32,000 nt of DNA from Methanothermobacter thermautotrophicus str. Delta H (GCF_000008645.1 NC_000916.1:180001-212000); one strand, 5' to 3'; counted from the stretch's first letter, positions 19,467 through 29,745 are shown. Translations and numbers: made by a program. The notes: generated by a model from the letters alone, not told the origin.

Positions 19467-21251
19467 ATGAAGATCAGATCACCCATCGTCTCAGTACTCG
19501 GACACGTGGATCACGGGAAAACCACACTTCTTGACCATATAAGGGGCAGCGCAGTTGCCTCAAGGGAGGCAGGTGGTATAACCCAGCACATAGGGGCCAC
19601 AGAGATACCCATGGATGTCATTGAGGGGATCTGCGGAGACTTCCTCAAAAAATTCTCGATCAGGGAAACACTACCAGGACTCTTCTTCATTGATACACCA
19701 GGACATGAGGCGTTCACAACCCTCAGAAAACGTGGAGGGGCCCTTGCGGATCTTGCAATACTCATAGTCGATATAAATGAGGGATTCAAGCCCCAGACAC
19801 AGGAGGCCCTCAACATCCTCAGGATGTACAGGACACCCTTCGTGGTGGCTGCAAACAAGATAGACAGGATCCATGGATGGAGGGTCCACGAGGGACGCCC
19901 CTTCATGGAGACCTTCAGCAAACAGGACATCCAGGTCCAGCAGAAACTGGACACAAAGGTCTATGAACTTGTGGGCAAACTCCATGAGGAGGGCTTTGAA
20001 TCAGAGAGATTCGACAGGGTCACAGACTTCGCCTCACAGGTCAGCATAATACCCATAAGTGCCATAACAGGCGAGGGTATACCTGAACTCCTCACAATGC
20101 TCATGGGACTGGCACAGCAGTACCTCAGGGAGCAGCTCAAAATCGAGGAGGATTCCCCTGCCAGGGGCACCATCCTGGAGGTCAAGGAGGAGACAGGCCT
20201 CGGCATGACCATAGACGCTGTAATATATGATGGAATACTCAGAAAGGACGACACCATAGCCATGATGACATCAAAGGATGTCATATCCACCAGGATAAGA
20301 TCACTCCTCAAACCAAGGCCCCTCGAGGAGATGAGGGAATCCAGGAAGAAGTTCCAGAAGGTCGATGAGGTCGTTGCAGCAGCCGGTATAAAGATCGTGG
20401 CACCGGGCATCGATGACGTCATGGCCGGCTCACCCCTCAGGGTTGTAACAGACCCCGAGAAGGTGAGGGAGGAGATACTCAGCGAAATCGAGGACATCAA
20501 GATAGACACCGATGAGGCAGGCGTCGTTGTGAAGGCAGACACCCTCGGATCACTGGAGGCGGTGGTCAAGATCCTCAGGGACATGTATGTCCCCATAAAG
20601 GTGGCAGACATAGGTGACGTCTCAAGGAGGGACGTGGTGAATGCAGGTATAGCCCTCCAGGAGGACAGGGTCTATGGGGCCATAATAGCCTTCAATGTTA
20701 AGGTGATACCCTCAGCAGCCCAGGAACTCAAAAACTCAGACATAAAGCTCTTCCAGGGCAACGTCATCTACAGGCTCATGGAGGAATATGAGGAATGGGT
20801 CAGGGGCATTGAGGAAGAGAAGAAAAAGAAATGGATGGAAGCCATCATAAAACCTGCAAGCATAAGACTCATACCCAAACTGGTCTTCAGACAGAGCAAG
20901 CCAGCCATTGGAGGAGTTGAGGTCCTCACAGGCGTCATCAGGCAGGGCTACCCCCTCATGAATGATGATGGGGAGACGGTGGGTACCGTGGAGAGCATGC
21001 AGGACAAGGGTGAAAACCTCAAATCAGCATCACGCGGCCAGAAGGTTGCAATGGCCATAAAGGATGCTGTTTATGGTAAGACGATCCATGAGGGAGATAC
21101 ACTCTACGTTGACATACCCGAAAACCACTACCACATCCTTAAAGAACAGCTCTCAGGGGATCTGACAGACGAGGAACTTGATCTCATGGATAAGATAGCT
21201 GAAATCAAGAGGAAGAAGAATCCTGACTGGGGAATGAAGGCACCATTTTAA
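19467..21251 (+). CDS. infB: Translation initiation factor IF-2 / aIF5B
   Basis: [26 protein letters not shown]...[15 protein letters not shown]...[19 protein letters not shown]...[13 protein letters not shown]. Confidence 0.97.
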
Positions 21252-21270
21252 AATATAAGGAGGAGATATA

Positions 21271-21651
21271 TTGGCATTTAAGGTTGTGATTTCAGACAAG
21301 GAGAAGAGCGTCCAGATGGAGGTCGACCCATCAGAGTCCAGGGGCCTCATTGGCCTCACCATAGGCGACGAATTCGATGGATCAATAATAGGCCTCAGCG
21401 GATACAAACTGAAGATCACAGGTGGAAGCGATAAGAACGGTTTCCCGATGAAGAAGACAGTGCCAGGTGCAAGGAGGATAAGGAGCCTTGTATCAGGCGG
21501 TGTGGGCTATAAACCCAGACGCGATGGCGAGAGAAGAAGAAAAACCTTCAGGGGAAACACAATATCTGATGACATAGTCCAGATAAACACCGTTGTCATT
21601 GAGAAGGGTGAGAAACCACTCGAAGAACTCCTTGGCGCCGATGAGGAATAA
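21271..21651 (+). CDS. rps6e: Ribosomal protein S6e
   Basis: AFKVVISDKEKSVQMEVDPSESRGLIGLTIGDEFDGSIIGLSGYKLKITGGSDKNGFPMKKTVPGARRIRSLVSGGVGYKPRRDGERRRKTFRGNTISDDIVQINTVVIEKG; strong AAGGAGGAGAT before TTG start. Confidence 0.97.
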   Translation: MAFKVVISDKEKSVQMEVDPSESRGLIGLTIGDEFDGSIIGLSGYKLKITGGSDKNGFPMKKTVPGARRIRSLVSGGVGYKPRRDGERRRKTFRGNTISDDIVQINTVVIEKGEKPLEELLGADEE

Positions 21652-21675
21652 TAAAAGCGTTTATAGGTGTAATCT

Positions 21676-22902
21676 GTGAAAAATCAATCCGAAATAAACA
21701 TTGGTCTTGTGGGGCACGTGGACCATGGTAAAACAACCCTTACAAAGGCACTTTCAGGTGTCTGGACCGACACACACAGTGAGGAAACCAAGAGGGGCAT
21801 CTCCATACGTCTGGGCTATGCCGACATAACCTTCAGGAAGTGCCCGCAGTGCGAAGCCCCAATGTGCTATACAACGGCAGAGATATGTGAGAGGTGCGGC
21901 ACAGAGACAGAGCTCCTCAGGAAGGTTTCCTTTGTGGATGCCCCGGGCCATGAAACCCTCATGGCTACCATGCTCTCTGGAGCAGCCCTCATGGACGGCG
22001 CCATACTCGTGATAGCTGCAAACGAACCATGCCCCCAGCCCCAGACAAAGGAGCACCTCATGGCCCTTGATGTTATAGGGGTGAAGGATGTCATCGTCGT
22101 CCAGAACAAGATAGATATCGTTTCGAAGGAGAGGGCGCTTGAAAGCTACAGGGAGATCAAGGAGTTCGTGAAGGGTACCTGCGCTGAGGATGCACCTATA
22201 ATACCGGTATCTGCTCAACAGGGCGCCAACATTGATATCCTCATTGAAACCATTGAGGAGAGAATCAAAACCCCCAAGAGGGACGTTGATAAACCTGCCA
22301 GGATGTACGTGGCCAGGTCCTTTGACATAAACAAACCTGGCGCAGACCCCGAACACCTCGCAGGAGGAGTTATAGGGGGCTCACTGGTCCAGGGCAGGCT
22401 CAGGGTTGGAGACGAGATAGAGATAAGACCGGGCATACAGGTCAAAAAGGACGGTAAGCAGACCTGGATGAGTCTGCACTCCACAATCACGGGCCTGGTG
22501 GCCGGTGGAGAGGAGATGGAAGAAGTTGGACCCGGCGGACTCGTGGGTGTCGGGACACTCCTGGATCCAGCCCTCACCAAGGCGGACTCACTTTCAGGGT
22601 CAGTTGCCGGGGAACCAGGCACACTGCCACCTGTAAGGCACTCATTCACCATGGAGACACACCTCCTGGAGAGGGTTGTCGGTACCAAGGAGGAGACCAA
22701 GGTCGAACCCATAAAGACAGGGGAACCCCTGATGATAAACGTCGGTACCACAACCACGGTGGGTGTTGTCAAATCTGCCAGGGCAGATGATGCCGACGTG
22801 GTCCTCAAACTCCCTGCATGCGCAGAGGAGGGTCAGAGGATAGCCCTCTCCAGGCGTGTCGGTGCAAGATGGAGGCTGATAGGATATGGTATCATCAAAT
22901 AG
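21676..22902 (+). CDS. eif2g: Translation initiation factor aIF2 subunit gamma
   Basis: [44 protein letters not shown]...[45 protein letters not shown]; GTG start after AGGTG. Confidence 0.97.
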
Positions 22903-22903
22903 G

Positions 22904-23286
22904 GTGGTCATAGACACCAATTTTTTATGATACCCTACCAGTTCCGGGTCGACATCGTATCCGAGCTCCGGAGACTCTTCCCAAAAAACGACCTTCTTGT
23001 CCCATCCTTCGTCATAGGGGAACTTGAAGGCATAAAGAGACATTCAGGCGGTGATGCGAGGATAGCCGCGTCCGTTGGACTCGCACTCGCAAAGAAACCC
23101 CCCTTCAGGATTTTTGAGGAGAAACTCCTTGAAGGTGAAACCGTTGACGACGCGCTTCTCCGGATCTCAGATGTCCTCTGCACCAGCGACCGGGAACTCA
23201 GAAGAAGGGCAAGGTCGAAGGGAATACCTGTTGTCTACCTGAGACAGAAAAGATATCTTGGAGTGGATGGGCATATATTGGAGTAG
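22904..23286 (+). CDS. PIN-domain (Fcf1/PINc-like) protein; N-terminus in another frame, -1 shift at TTTTTTA 22921-22927
   Basis: GTG GTC ATA GAC ACC AAT TTT TTA (MVIDTNFL) then TGA; -1 gives ATG ATA CCC TAC ([37 protein letters not shown]...[12 protein letters not shown]-type body: [31 protein letters not shown]). The track ORF starts at 22927. Confidence 0.75.
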
Positions 23287-23297
23287 GAGGTTTACTC

Positions 23298-23828
23298 ATG
23301 AATCTGTGGAAGGATATTGAACCGGGACCATCAGTACCCGAGGTTGTCTATGCGGTTGTTGAAATACCAAAGGGTTCAAGGAACAAGTACGAATACCACA
23401 AGGACCTTCAGGCATTCGCCCTTGACAGGGTACTCTACTCAGCAGTATTCTACCCTGCAGAGTACGGTATAATACCAAGGACACTCTACGATGACGGAGA
23501 CCCCATGGACATCCTCGTACTCATGGATGAACCAACATTCCCGGGCTGCATCATAGAATCAAGACCCATAGGCCTTTTAAGGATGATCGATGGTGGTGAC
23601 CAGGACGACAAGATCCTGGCGGTGCCTGTGGCAGACCCGCACTTCGCCGATGTAAAGGACATCTCAGACATACCAGAGCACAACCTTAAGGAGATAGCAA
23701 ACTTCTTTGAAACCTACAAGAAACTTGAAGGTAAAAAAACAGAGACACTCGGATGGGAGGGTGCTGAAAAGGCATTTGAAGCAGTCAACCACTCCATAGA
23801 ACTCTACAGGAAAAAATATATGGAGTAA
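23298..23828 (+). CDS. ppa: Inorganic pyrophosphatase (family I)
   Basis: [91 protein letters not shown]. Confidence 0.97.
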   Translation: MNLWKDIEPGPSVPEVVYAVVEIPKGSRNKYEYHKDLQAFALDRVLYSAVFYPAEYGIIPRTLYDDGDPMDILVLMDEPTFPGCIIESRPIGLLRMIDGGDQDDKILAVPVADPHFADVKDISDIPEHNLKEIANFFETYKKLEGKKTETLGWEGAEKAFEAVNHSIELYRKKYME

Positions 23829-23848
23829 TTCTTTAATGGGGGATCCCA

Positions 23849-24403
23849 TTGTATTATGTAACAAAGATTGTTGATACCGTCAGAATACCTCCAGACCGCT
23901 TTGAAGAGCCACTGGAGGAGGTCGCCGTCGAGGTTCTAAACGAGACCTACGTTGGAAGGATGGATAAGAACCTCGGGCAGCTGATAACCGTCAAAGAGAT
24001 AGAGGATATAGGGATAGGAAAGGTTATAATGGGTGACGGTGCCGCCTACCATGAGGTGACCTTCACAGCCCTCTTCTTCAAACCTGAACTACATGAAATC
24101 GTTGAGGGTGAGGTTATAGAGATAGCAGAGTTCGGAGCCTTCGTGCGCATAGGTCCGGTGGATGGCCTGGTGCACGTTTCACAGGTAACCGACGACTACA
24201 TAACCTACGACCCCAAGAAGGGCTCCCTCACAGGTAAGGAGTCAGGCAGACGCCTCGACGAGGGCGACCTTGTAAGGGCAAGGATAGTCGCACTCAGCCT
24301 CAAGGGCCGAAGAGAGGGCGTAAAGGTGGGCCTCACCATGAGGCAGCCCGGCCTTGGAAAATTCGAATGGATTGAAGAAGAGAAGAGGAAGAGTAAAAAA
24401 TGA
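23849..24403 (+). CDS. rpoE: DNA-directed RNA polymerase subunit Rpo7 (E')
   Basis: [117 protein letters not shown]. Confidence 0.96.
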   Translation: MYYVTKIVDTVRIPPDRFEEPLEEVAVEVLNETYVGRMDKNLGQLITVKEIEDIGIGKVIMGDGAAYHEVTFTALFFKPELHEIVEGEVIEIAEFGAFVRIGPVDGLVHVSQVTDDYITYDPKKGSLTGKESGRRLDEGDLVRARIVALSLKGRREGVKVGLTMRQPGLGKFEWIEEEKRKSKK

Positions 24404-24582
24404 CTGAGAAGGCATGCACAAGGTGTAAGAGAATCACCAGTGACGAAAGATGCCCGGTCTGCAATGTCCCGGCATCCACCAACTGGAGCGGACTCCTCAT
24501 AATAATAGATCCGGATAAATCAGATATAGCCAGGGAGCTCAACATAACACTGCCTGGTGAATACGCGCTGAGGGTCAGATAG
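24400..24582 (+). CDS. spt4: Transcription elongation factor Spt4 (RNA polymerase subunit E'')
   Basis: [60 protein letters not shown]; two CxxC zinc knuckles. Overlaps Rpo7 by ATGA. Confidence 0.96.
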   Translation: MTEKACTRCKRITSDERCPVCNVPASTNWSGLLIIIDPDKSDIARELNITLPGEYALRVR

Positions 24583-25073
24583 TGTACATACTGCCGGAGG
24601 AACTGAGGGCGGAGCTCAAAAGGCCACTTGGAGAGCTCCACAGGTCATTCAGTGACGTTGATGTGGGGAACTCATTCCTCATAACGGTTGGTGACGTCAC
24701 AACCCGCAATGCACTGGAGCATGGCCTTAAACCCGATGTCAGCATAATAGATAACAGGATCCAGAGAAGGGACTCTGACCATGAATTCAGGGACACAGCA
24801 ACCATTCTCAGATCCAGGAACCCGCCAGGCACAGTAACAGAGAGCCTCTGGAAATCCATCGAAGAGGCCATAGAGGGCGCCACAGAGAGAGGAGAGCGCT
24901 TCATGATAGTTGTTGACGGTGAGGAGGACCTTGCCGTTTTACCATCAATACTTCTCGCCCCACCTGACACAGTGATTCTTTACGGACAGCCAGATGAGGG
25001 CGTTGTGCTGGTGAGGGCCAGTGAAACATCCAGTAAGGCTGAAGAACTCATGAAAAAATTTGAGGAGGCATAA
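24582..25073 (+). CDS. DUF359 protein, GTP-dependent dephospho-CoA kinase family
   Basis: MYILPEELRAELKRPLGELH...LITVGDVTTRNALEHGLKPDVSIIDNRIQRR...VNPPGTIT-like RNPPGTVTESLWKSIEEAI...MIVVDGEEDLAVLPSILLAPPDTVILYGQPDEGVVLV. Confidence 0.9.
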   Translation: MYILPEELRAELKRPLGELHRSFSDVDVGNSFLITVGDVTTRNALEHGLKPDVSIIDNRIQRRDSDHEFRDTATILRSRNPPGTVTESLWKSIEEAIEGATERGERFMIVVDGEEDLAVLPSILLAPPDTVILYGQPDEGVVLVRASETSSKAEELMKKFEEA

Positions 25074-25074
25074 A

Positions 25075-25377
25075 ATGGAGATTAACATAATCGAGGAAAA
25101 GGAAAACCCACTCTTAAACAGGAAGGAGATAAGGTTTGAATGCTTATACGAGGGCGAATCAACCCCAAAGGTCCTTGAAGTTAAGAACAAACTCGTTGCA
25201 ATGCTTGACGCTGATAAGGATCTTCTCGTGGTTGACAAAATTGACCAGGGTTTCGGTGAGCCAAGGGCGACCGGCTATGCCAAGATTTATGAGTCAGCTG
25301 AGAAACTCACCGAGATAGAACCCGAACACGTGATAAAGAAGAACACTGAGGCATCAGAGGAAGAGGAGGAGGAATAG
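25075..25377 (+). CDS. rps24e: Ribosomal protein S24e
   Basis: MEINIIEEKENPLLNRKEIRFECLYEGESTPKVLEVKNKLVAMLDADKDLLVVDKIDQGFGEPRATGYAKIYES; GAGGAGG upstream; acidic tail. Confidence 0.96.
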   Translation: MEINIIEEKENPLLNRKEIRFECLYEGESTPKVLEVKNKLVAMLDADKDLLVVDKIDQGFGEPRATGYAKIYESAEKLTEIEPEHVIKKNTEASEEEEEE

Positions 25378-25533
25378 ATGAAGAAATTTGAGCTCTACGA
25401 GGTCAAGGACGGTAAACTCGTCAGGAAGAACCCCTTCTGTGTCAGGTGCTCAAACGGTGTCTTCATGGCAGACCATGGGGACAGGTACGCCTGCGGTAAA
25501 TGCGGATACACCGAATGGAAAAACAGGGAATAG
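25378..25533 (+). CDS. rps27ae: Ribosomal protein S27ae, 51 aa (not in supplied ORF track)
   Basis: Direct translation: [51 protein letters not shown]; four-Cys zinc motif; immediately follows the S24e stop. Confidence 0.96.
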   Translation: MKKFELYEVKDGKLVRKNPFCVRCSNGVFMADHGDRYACGKCGYTEWKNRE

Positions 25534-25541
25534 GTGGAAAC

Positions 25542-26948
25542 TTGAACCTGAGGGCTGGCAGATTGAATAGCGGGATGGAGGATGAGGCCGCGGAGTTCAC
25601 ATCATCCCTCACATTTGATCACCACATATTTGAGGCCGACATTGAGTGTAACATGGCACATACACGCATGCTGGCCCATGAGGGCATAATCCCTGAGGAA
25701 GTGGCCGCTAAAATCATAGATGCCCTTGAAAGCCTCAGGGAGGAGGGTATAGAGGCCCTTGACATGGACCCATCGGTGGAGGATATCCATATGGCCGTTG
25801 AGAACTATGTAACGGCCAGGATCGGAGAGGAAGCAGGGTTCATGCACACAGGCAAATCCAGGAACGATCAGGTCGCAACCGATCTCAGACTGGCCCTCAG
25901 GGAGAGGATAAGGACAATAAGCCGTGAACTCCTTGATTTTATTGACAGTATCTCAGACCTTGCCCTCGATCACACCGAAACCGTCATGGTGGGCTACACC
26001 CACCTTCAGCATGCCCAGCCAACAACCCTAGGCCACCACCTCATGGCCTACGCCAGCTCCCTCAGGAGGGACTATGAGAGGCTCCAGGATACCCTTAAGA
26101 GGGTTGACCAGAACCCCCTGGGATCCGCTGCCATGACAACAACCAGCTTCCCCATAAACAGGGAACTCACGACCCGGCTCCTCGGGTTCTCAGATTACAT
26201 GAAAAATTCCATGGACGCCGTCAGTGCAAGGGACTTCATAGCAGAGACGGTATTCGACCTCTCAATGCTGGCAGTGAACCTCAGCAGGATCTCAGAGGAG
26301 ATGATACTCTGGAGCACCCACGAGTTTGGTATCGTGGAGATACCTGATGAATTCTCATCAACATCATCCATCATGCCCCAGAAGAAGAACCCTGATGTGG
26401 CTGAGATAGCCCGTGCAAAGACATCCACCGTCCAGGGAGAACTTGTAACCATCCTTGGAATCATGAAGGCACTCCCCTACACCTACAACAGGGACCTGCA
26501 GGAGGTAACACCCCACCTCTGGAGGGCCGTCGACACGGTACTCTCAATGATCAGGGTTGTCAGGGGAATGCTCCTCGGCATCAGGGTTAACAGGAACCGG
26601 GCCCTTGAACTTGCAGGTGCCAACTTCGCAACAGCCACAGACCTTGCAGACATCATAGTACGTGAGCGGGGGATACCCTTCAGGGTGGCCCACAGGATAG
26701 TGGGAAGGCTTGTTACAAGGGCCATTGAGGACGGCCTCGCACCCGGTGACGTGGATTCAGTTTACCTTGACGAGGTCAGCCTGGAGGTCACCGGACGGAA
26801 ACTTGAACTTGACCCTGAACTTGTTGAGAAGGCCCTTGATCCCCTTGAGAACGTCAGGATGAGGAGGATACCTGGAGGACCCGCCCCTGAGATGGTCAGG
26901 GTTGCGGTTGAGGAGATGAAGTCCTTCATTGAATCTGAGAGGAAATGA
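25542..26948 (+). CDS. argH: Argininosuccinate lyase
   Basis: [27 protein letters not shown]...[10 protein letters not shown]...[16 protein letters not shown]...[25 protein letters not shown] 25542 preceded by AGGTGGA. Confidence 0.96.
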   Translation: MNLRAGRLNSGMEDEAAEFTSSLTFDHHIFEADIECNMAHTRMLAHEGIIPEEVAAKIIDALESLREEGIEALDMDPSVEDIHMAVENYVTARIGEEAGFMHTGKSRNDQVATDLRLALRERIRTISRELLDFIDSISDLALDHTETVMVGYTHLQHAQPTTLGHHLMAYASSLRRDYERLQDTLKRVDQNPLGSAAMTTTSFPINRELTTRLLGFSDYMKNSMDAVSARDFIAETVFDLSMLAVNLSRISEEMILWSTHEFGIVEIPDEFSSTSSIMPQKKNPDVAEIARAKTSTVQGELVTILGIMKALPYTYNRDLQEVTPHLWRAVDTVLSMIRVVRGMLLGIRVNRNRALELAGANFATATDLADIIVRERGIPFRVAHRIVGRLVTRAIEDGLAPGDVDSVYLDEVSLEVTGRKLELDPELVEKALDPLENVRMRRIPGGPAPEMVRVAVEEMKSFIESERK

Positions 26949-27078
26949 GGAAGTTTCCTGACGGGATTAAATAACTCTTTTTCATGCTCCCCGCACTTTC
27001 AGGCAGGTTATTGACCTTTCCTGGAGGTTCCCGTAAATTTGAAGTTAATTGAAATTTCCTGACAGTTTCCCAGAAATT

Positions 27079-27086
27079 TTTATATA
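27079..27086 (+). promoter_or_regulatory. TATA box (TTTATATA) for the small membrane protein gene
   Basis: Exact TTTATATA 32 nt before ATG 27111, implying a very short leader. Confidence 0.6.
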
Positions 27087-27110
27087 TCCTTTTTGATAAA
27101 TAATTATTAC

Positions 27111-27251
27111 ATGGAATCTGAAAACGAAAACAGAATAGTGGGACTTCTTGCAGTGCTGATAGGTATACTGATGATAATCTACCCCCAGCTGGTTGGCTAC
27201 CTCGTTGGCATCTTCCTCATAATCTACGGGGTACTCAAGATATTTGGCTGA
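27111..27251 (+). CDS. Small 46-aa hydrophobic protein, DUF3096-like (not in supplied ORF track)
   Basis: Direct translation: MESENENRIVGLLAVLIGILMIIYPQLVGYLVGIFLIIYGVLKIFG*; TATA box immediately upstream. Confidence 0.75.
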   Translation: MESENENRIVGLLAVLIGILMIIYPQLVGYLVGIFLIIYGVLKIFG

Positions 27252-27263
27252 GGGTGAGTATAT

Positions 27264-28271
27264 TCAGGGACTGCAGATGCTCCAGATGAGGTCAAGGGCC
27301 TCGCCCGGTTCAAGGACACCTGCCCTTGTCTCCCGCAGGACCCTCTGTATGGAGTAGCGCCTGAGATGGGGGTGCCTGCGGTGAACCTCCCCCAGTAGTG
27401 GACAGCCGAAGTTCATTGAGGATCTCACACCATGAAGAGATGCCACTGATCTAACCTCCTGCTTTGAAGCCGCGAAGAGGGCCGGCAGATTGACCCTAAG
27501 AATGCCATCGTCCACATTGACCGACTGATAGCCAGTGGAGAGAAGGTCACCGAATATTACGGTGTCAATTTCCATATTTCTTATTTTATCCATAACAGTA
27601 CTCTCAATCAGTCCTGAACAGCGCCCACATGGGTGGAACCTCCCATCGAGGGCCCCGCTCTGGATATCGCCCAGCTCTGCACCTATGTACTCGTGTCTCA
27701 CACCGAGGAGGCTGCAGAGTTCCTCAAGAGACCTCCTGATGTGACCTGGCAGTATTATGGTGCCGGGGTCAACTGTGAGGGCGAAGGGTCTCAGTCCAAG
27801 TTTAACCGCGGCTATGAGGGAGAATGAACTGTCCACCCCACCCGATAGTGCCACAGCCACCTCGGGACCATCGGCACCTGATCTGGAAAGCTCAAGGAGA
27901 AATTCAAGGCCTGATGGATACTCCATGCGCATTTTAAGGGCTTCCTCAAGTATTTTCAGGACCCTGAAGGATCCTTCAAGTTCACTGATCCTCTCAAGGG
28001 CAAGGCCGACCCTGTGTCTCCTTATGATGATGTCGGTCTCTGCTTCAACATGGACCCTCCCTACTCCCAGTTTCTCCCTCAGCCTACCGGCCACCCAGCC
28101 GCCCTTACCTATTATGGCCGACTTGTCAGAGCGGTCAGGTGCAACGATCAGGAGGCTGTCTCTCTTCTCATCGAGGACAACATCCACTATGCGTATATCT
28201 GCATCTCCATGCCCTATATCCTTCCTGATATCCCTTATCATCCCTGCAAGTTCATCTGCATCCATGAGCAT
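27264..28271 (-). CDS. PP-loop (adenine nucleotide alpha hydrolase-like) ATPase with an N-terminal KH-like domain
   Basis: MLMDADELAGMIRDIRKDIGH...IVAPDRSDKSAIIGKGGWVAGRLREKLG (KH GxxG) followed by VAVALSGGVDSSFSLIAAVKLG (PP-loop) and HPCGRCSGLI. Start trimmed to ATG 28271 (GGGAAG nearby) from 28466. Confidence 0.85.
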   Translation of the reverse strand: MLMDADELAGMIRDIRKDIGHGDADIRIVDVVLDEKRDSLLIVAPDRSDKSAIIGKGGWVAGRLREKLGVGRVHVEAETDIIIRRHRVGLALERISELEGSFRVLKILEEALKMRMEYPSGLEFLLELSRSGADGPEVAVALSGGVDSSFSLIAAVKLGLRPFALTVDPGTIILPGHIRRSLEELCSLLGVRHEYIGAELGDIQSGALDGRFHPCGRCSGLIESTVMDKIRNMEIDTVIFGDLLSTGYQSVNVDDGILRVNLPALFAASKQEVRSVASLHGVRSSMNFGCPLLGEVHRRHPHLRRYSIQRVLRETRAGVLEPGEALDLIWSICSP

Positions 28272-28447
28272 ACTTCCCGCATTAACAGTATCAGCTGGAG
28301 GGTTCCAGTTCAACATAAAATATATTATGGGCGCTGTCAATATTAATATAGGGATTGTGCAGTCAGTGACTGGAAACCCGGATGTCAGCTGGTAAAGAAA
28401 AAACTGCCACTGAGGCAGCGGATTGACCTGAAAAATCTCGTCGGGGG

Positions 28448-29065
28448 ATGAATGCTGAGATGCCAAACATAAGAAGTCTTCTTTTTGGTGACCAGGAAGA
28501 GGAATGGGGATATAAAAGGGAAAGTGAGAATATAATTGTGGGTTATGGCTATAAGAAGTTCAGCAAACCCCCTGTTATAGGCAAGAACCCCCTGCTCCGC
28601 TCAAACACCGTCATATACAATGATGTCACCATAGGCGATAACCTCAGGACGGGGCACAATGTCCTCATAAGGGAGAAAACGACCATTGGCGATGATGTTC
28701 TCATAGGTACAAACACGGTCATCGAGGGTCATTCAAAGATAGGTAGCAATGTGAGTATACAGTCGAATGTTTACCTGCCCAAGAACAGTTACATAGAGGA
28801 CAATGTGTTCATAGGTCCCTGCGCATGCTTCACCAACGACCGCTACCCCATAAGGGTCAAGTACAAGTTGAGGGGCCCAATAATAAGGCAGGGAGCATCC
28901 ATAGGTGCGAACTCCACCTTCCTGTCAAGGATTGAGGTCGGTGAGGGCGCCATGGTGGCTGCTGGAGCGGTGGTAACAAGAAACGTCCACCATGGTCCTT
29001 GCAATAGGTGCACCTGCACGTATAAAGGCCCTCCCGGCGAAGCTGAGGGTCCCAATAACATTTGA
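28448..29065 (+). CDS. Left-handed beta-helix (hexapeptide repeat) acyltransferase; C-terminus probably frame-disrupted, alternative end 29096
   Basis: [77 protein letters not shown]...[28 protein letters not shown]. Tail [16 protein letters not shown] is atypical; another frame reads [19 protein letters not shown]. Confidence 0.88.
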   Translation: MNAEMPNIRSLLFGDQEEEWGYKRESENIIVGYGYKKFSKPPVIGKNPLLRSNTVIYNDVTIGDNLRTGHNVLIREKTTIGDDVLIGTNTVIEGHSKIGSNVSIQSNVYLPKNSYIEDNVFIGPCACFTNDRYPIRVKYKLRGPIIRQGASIGANSTFLSRIEVGEGAMVAAGAVVTRNVHHGPCNRCTCTYKGPPGEAEGPNNI

Positions 29066-29245
29066 GGCCTGTGATTCGATACCATCAGCCCATTAAAGGA
29101 ACTCTTCAGATCTGGATGGGCTTTTCATTAAAAAGAAATGTTTACTCTGGATTCTATTTTAAGGTTCATCTGCAGTACTGAAACAGGGCTTGGACTCCTT
29201 GTATCTGCAGTCATCGTCTCTCTGCAGATTAACCTGAAACTCCAT

Positions 29246-29701
29246 TTAACCACGCCGGTAGAGCCCTATGAGCTTCGCCTCACCCAGCACATGGCCCTCC
29301 ATGGCCTCCAGGACATCCTCCTTACTGGCCCCGGGCTCCAGGTCAAGGACGGTGTCAAGGGCGTATAACCTGAAGAAGTACCTGTGAACACCTGAAGGCG
29401 GGCACGGCCCCCTGTATCCGAGGGTCCCTGAATCATTGTAGCCCTGGACTGAACCATCAGGGAGCCTTCCAGCATCCGGGACATTCTCCTCCAGGCCGGT
29501 GGAGTCCGGGGGAATGTTGAATATGACCCAGTGGGTCCAGACCTTTGAGGGTGCATCCGGGTCGTCACATATCAGTGCAAGGGATTTGGCCTCCCCTGGA
29601 ACCCCATCCCAGGATAGGGGCGGGGAAATGTTTTCGCCATCGCAGGTGTACCTTGAGGGTATCCTTCCACGGTCATTGAATGCATGGGTCTTGAGGTTCA
29701 T
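29246..29701 (-). CDS. YbhB/YbcL-type phosphatidylethanolamine-binding-like protein (PEBP / Raf kinase inhibitor-like)
   Basis: IPSRYTCDGENISPPLSWDGVPGEAKSLALICDDPDAPSKVWTHWVIFNIPPDSTGLEENVP...GYRGPCPPSGVHRYFFRLYALDTVLDL. Confidence 0.94.
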   Translation of the reverse strand: MNLKTHAFNDRGRIPSRYTCDGENISPPLSWDGVPGEAKSLALICDDPDAPSKVWTHWVIFNIPPDSTGLEENVPDAGRLPDGSVQGYNDSGTLGYRGPCPPSGVHRYFFRLYALDTVLDLEPGASKEDVLEAMEGHVLGEAKLIGLYRRG

Positions 29702-29745
29702 ACCATCACCGTACAGTTATATGTTTGAGGGGGTTAATTATTATT

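Noticed and set aside
25388-25570. ORF 25388..25570 (+), 60 aa
   Set aside because: It is out of frame with the S27ae gene (25378..25533), which has the expected four-Cys motif and start/stop positions.
29160-29225. CTGCAG occurring three times (about 29167, 29210, 29223) and again near 31409 and 31865
   Set aside because: A 6-bp palindrome recurring a few times, with irregular spacing and no shared flanks, is not enough to define a repeat family.
29138-29368. ORF 29138..29368 (+) with a hydrophobic N-terminus (GLGLLVSAVIVSLQI)
   Set aside because: It has no RBS or promoter signal and its C-terminal half is antisense to the PEBP-like gene; probably chance.
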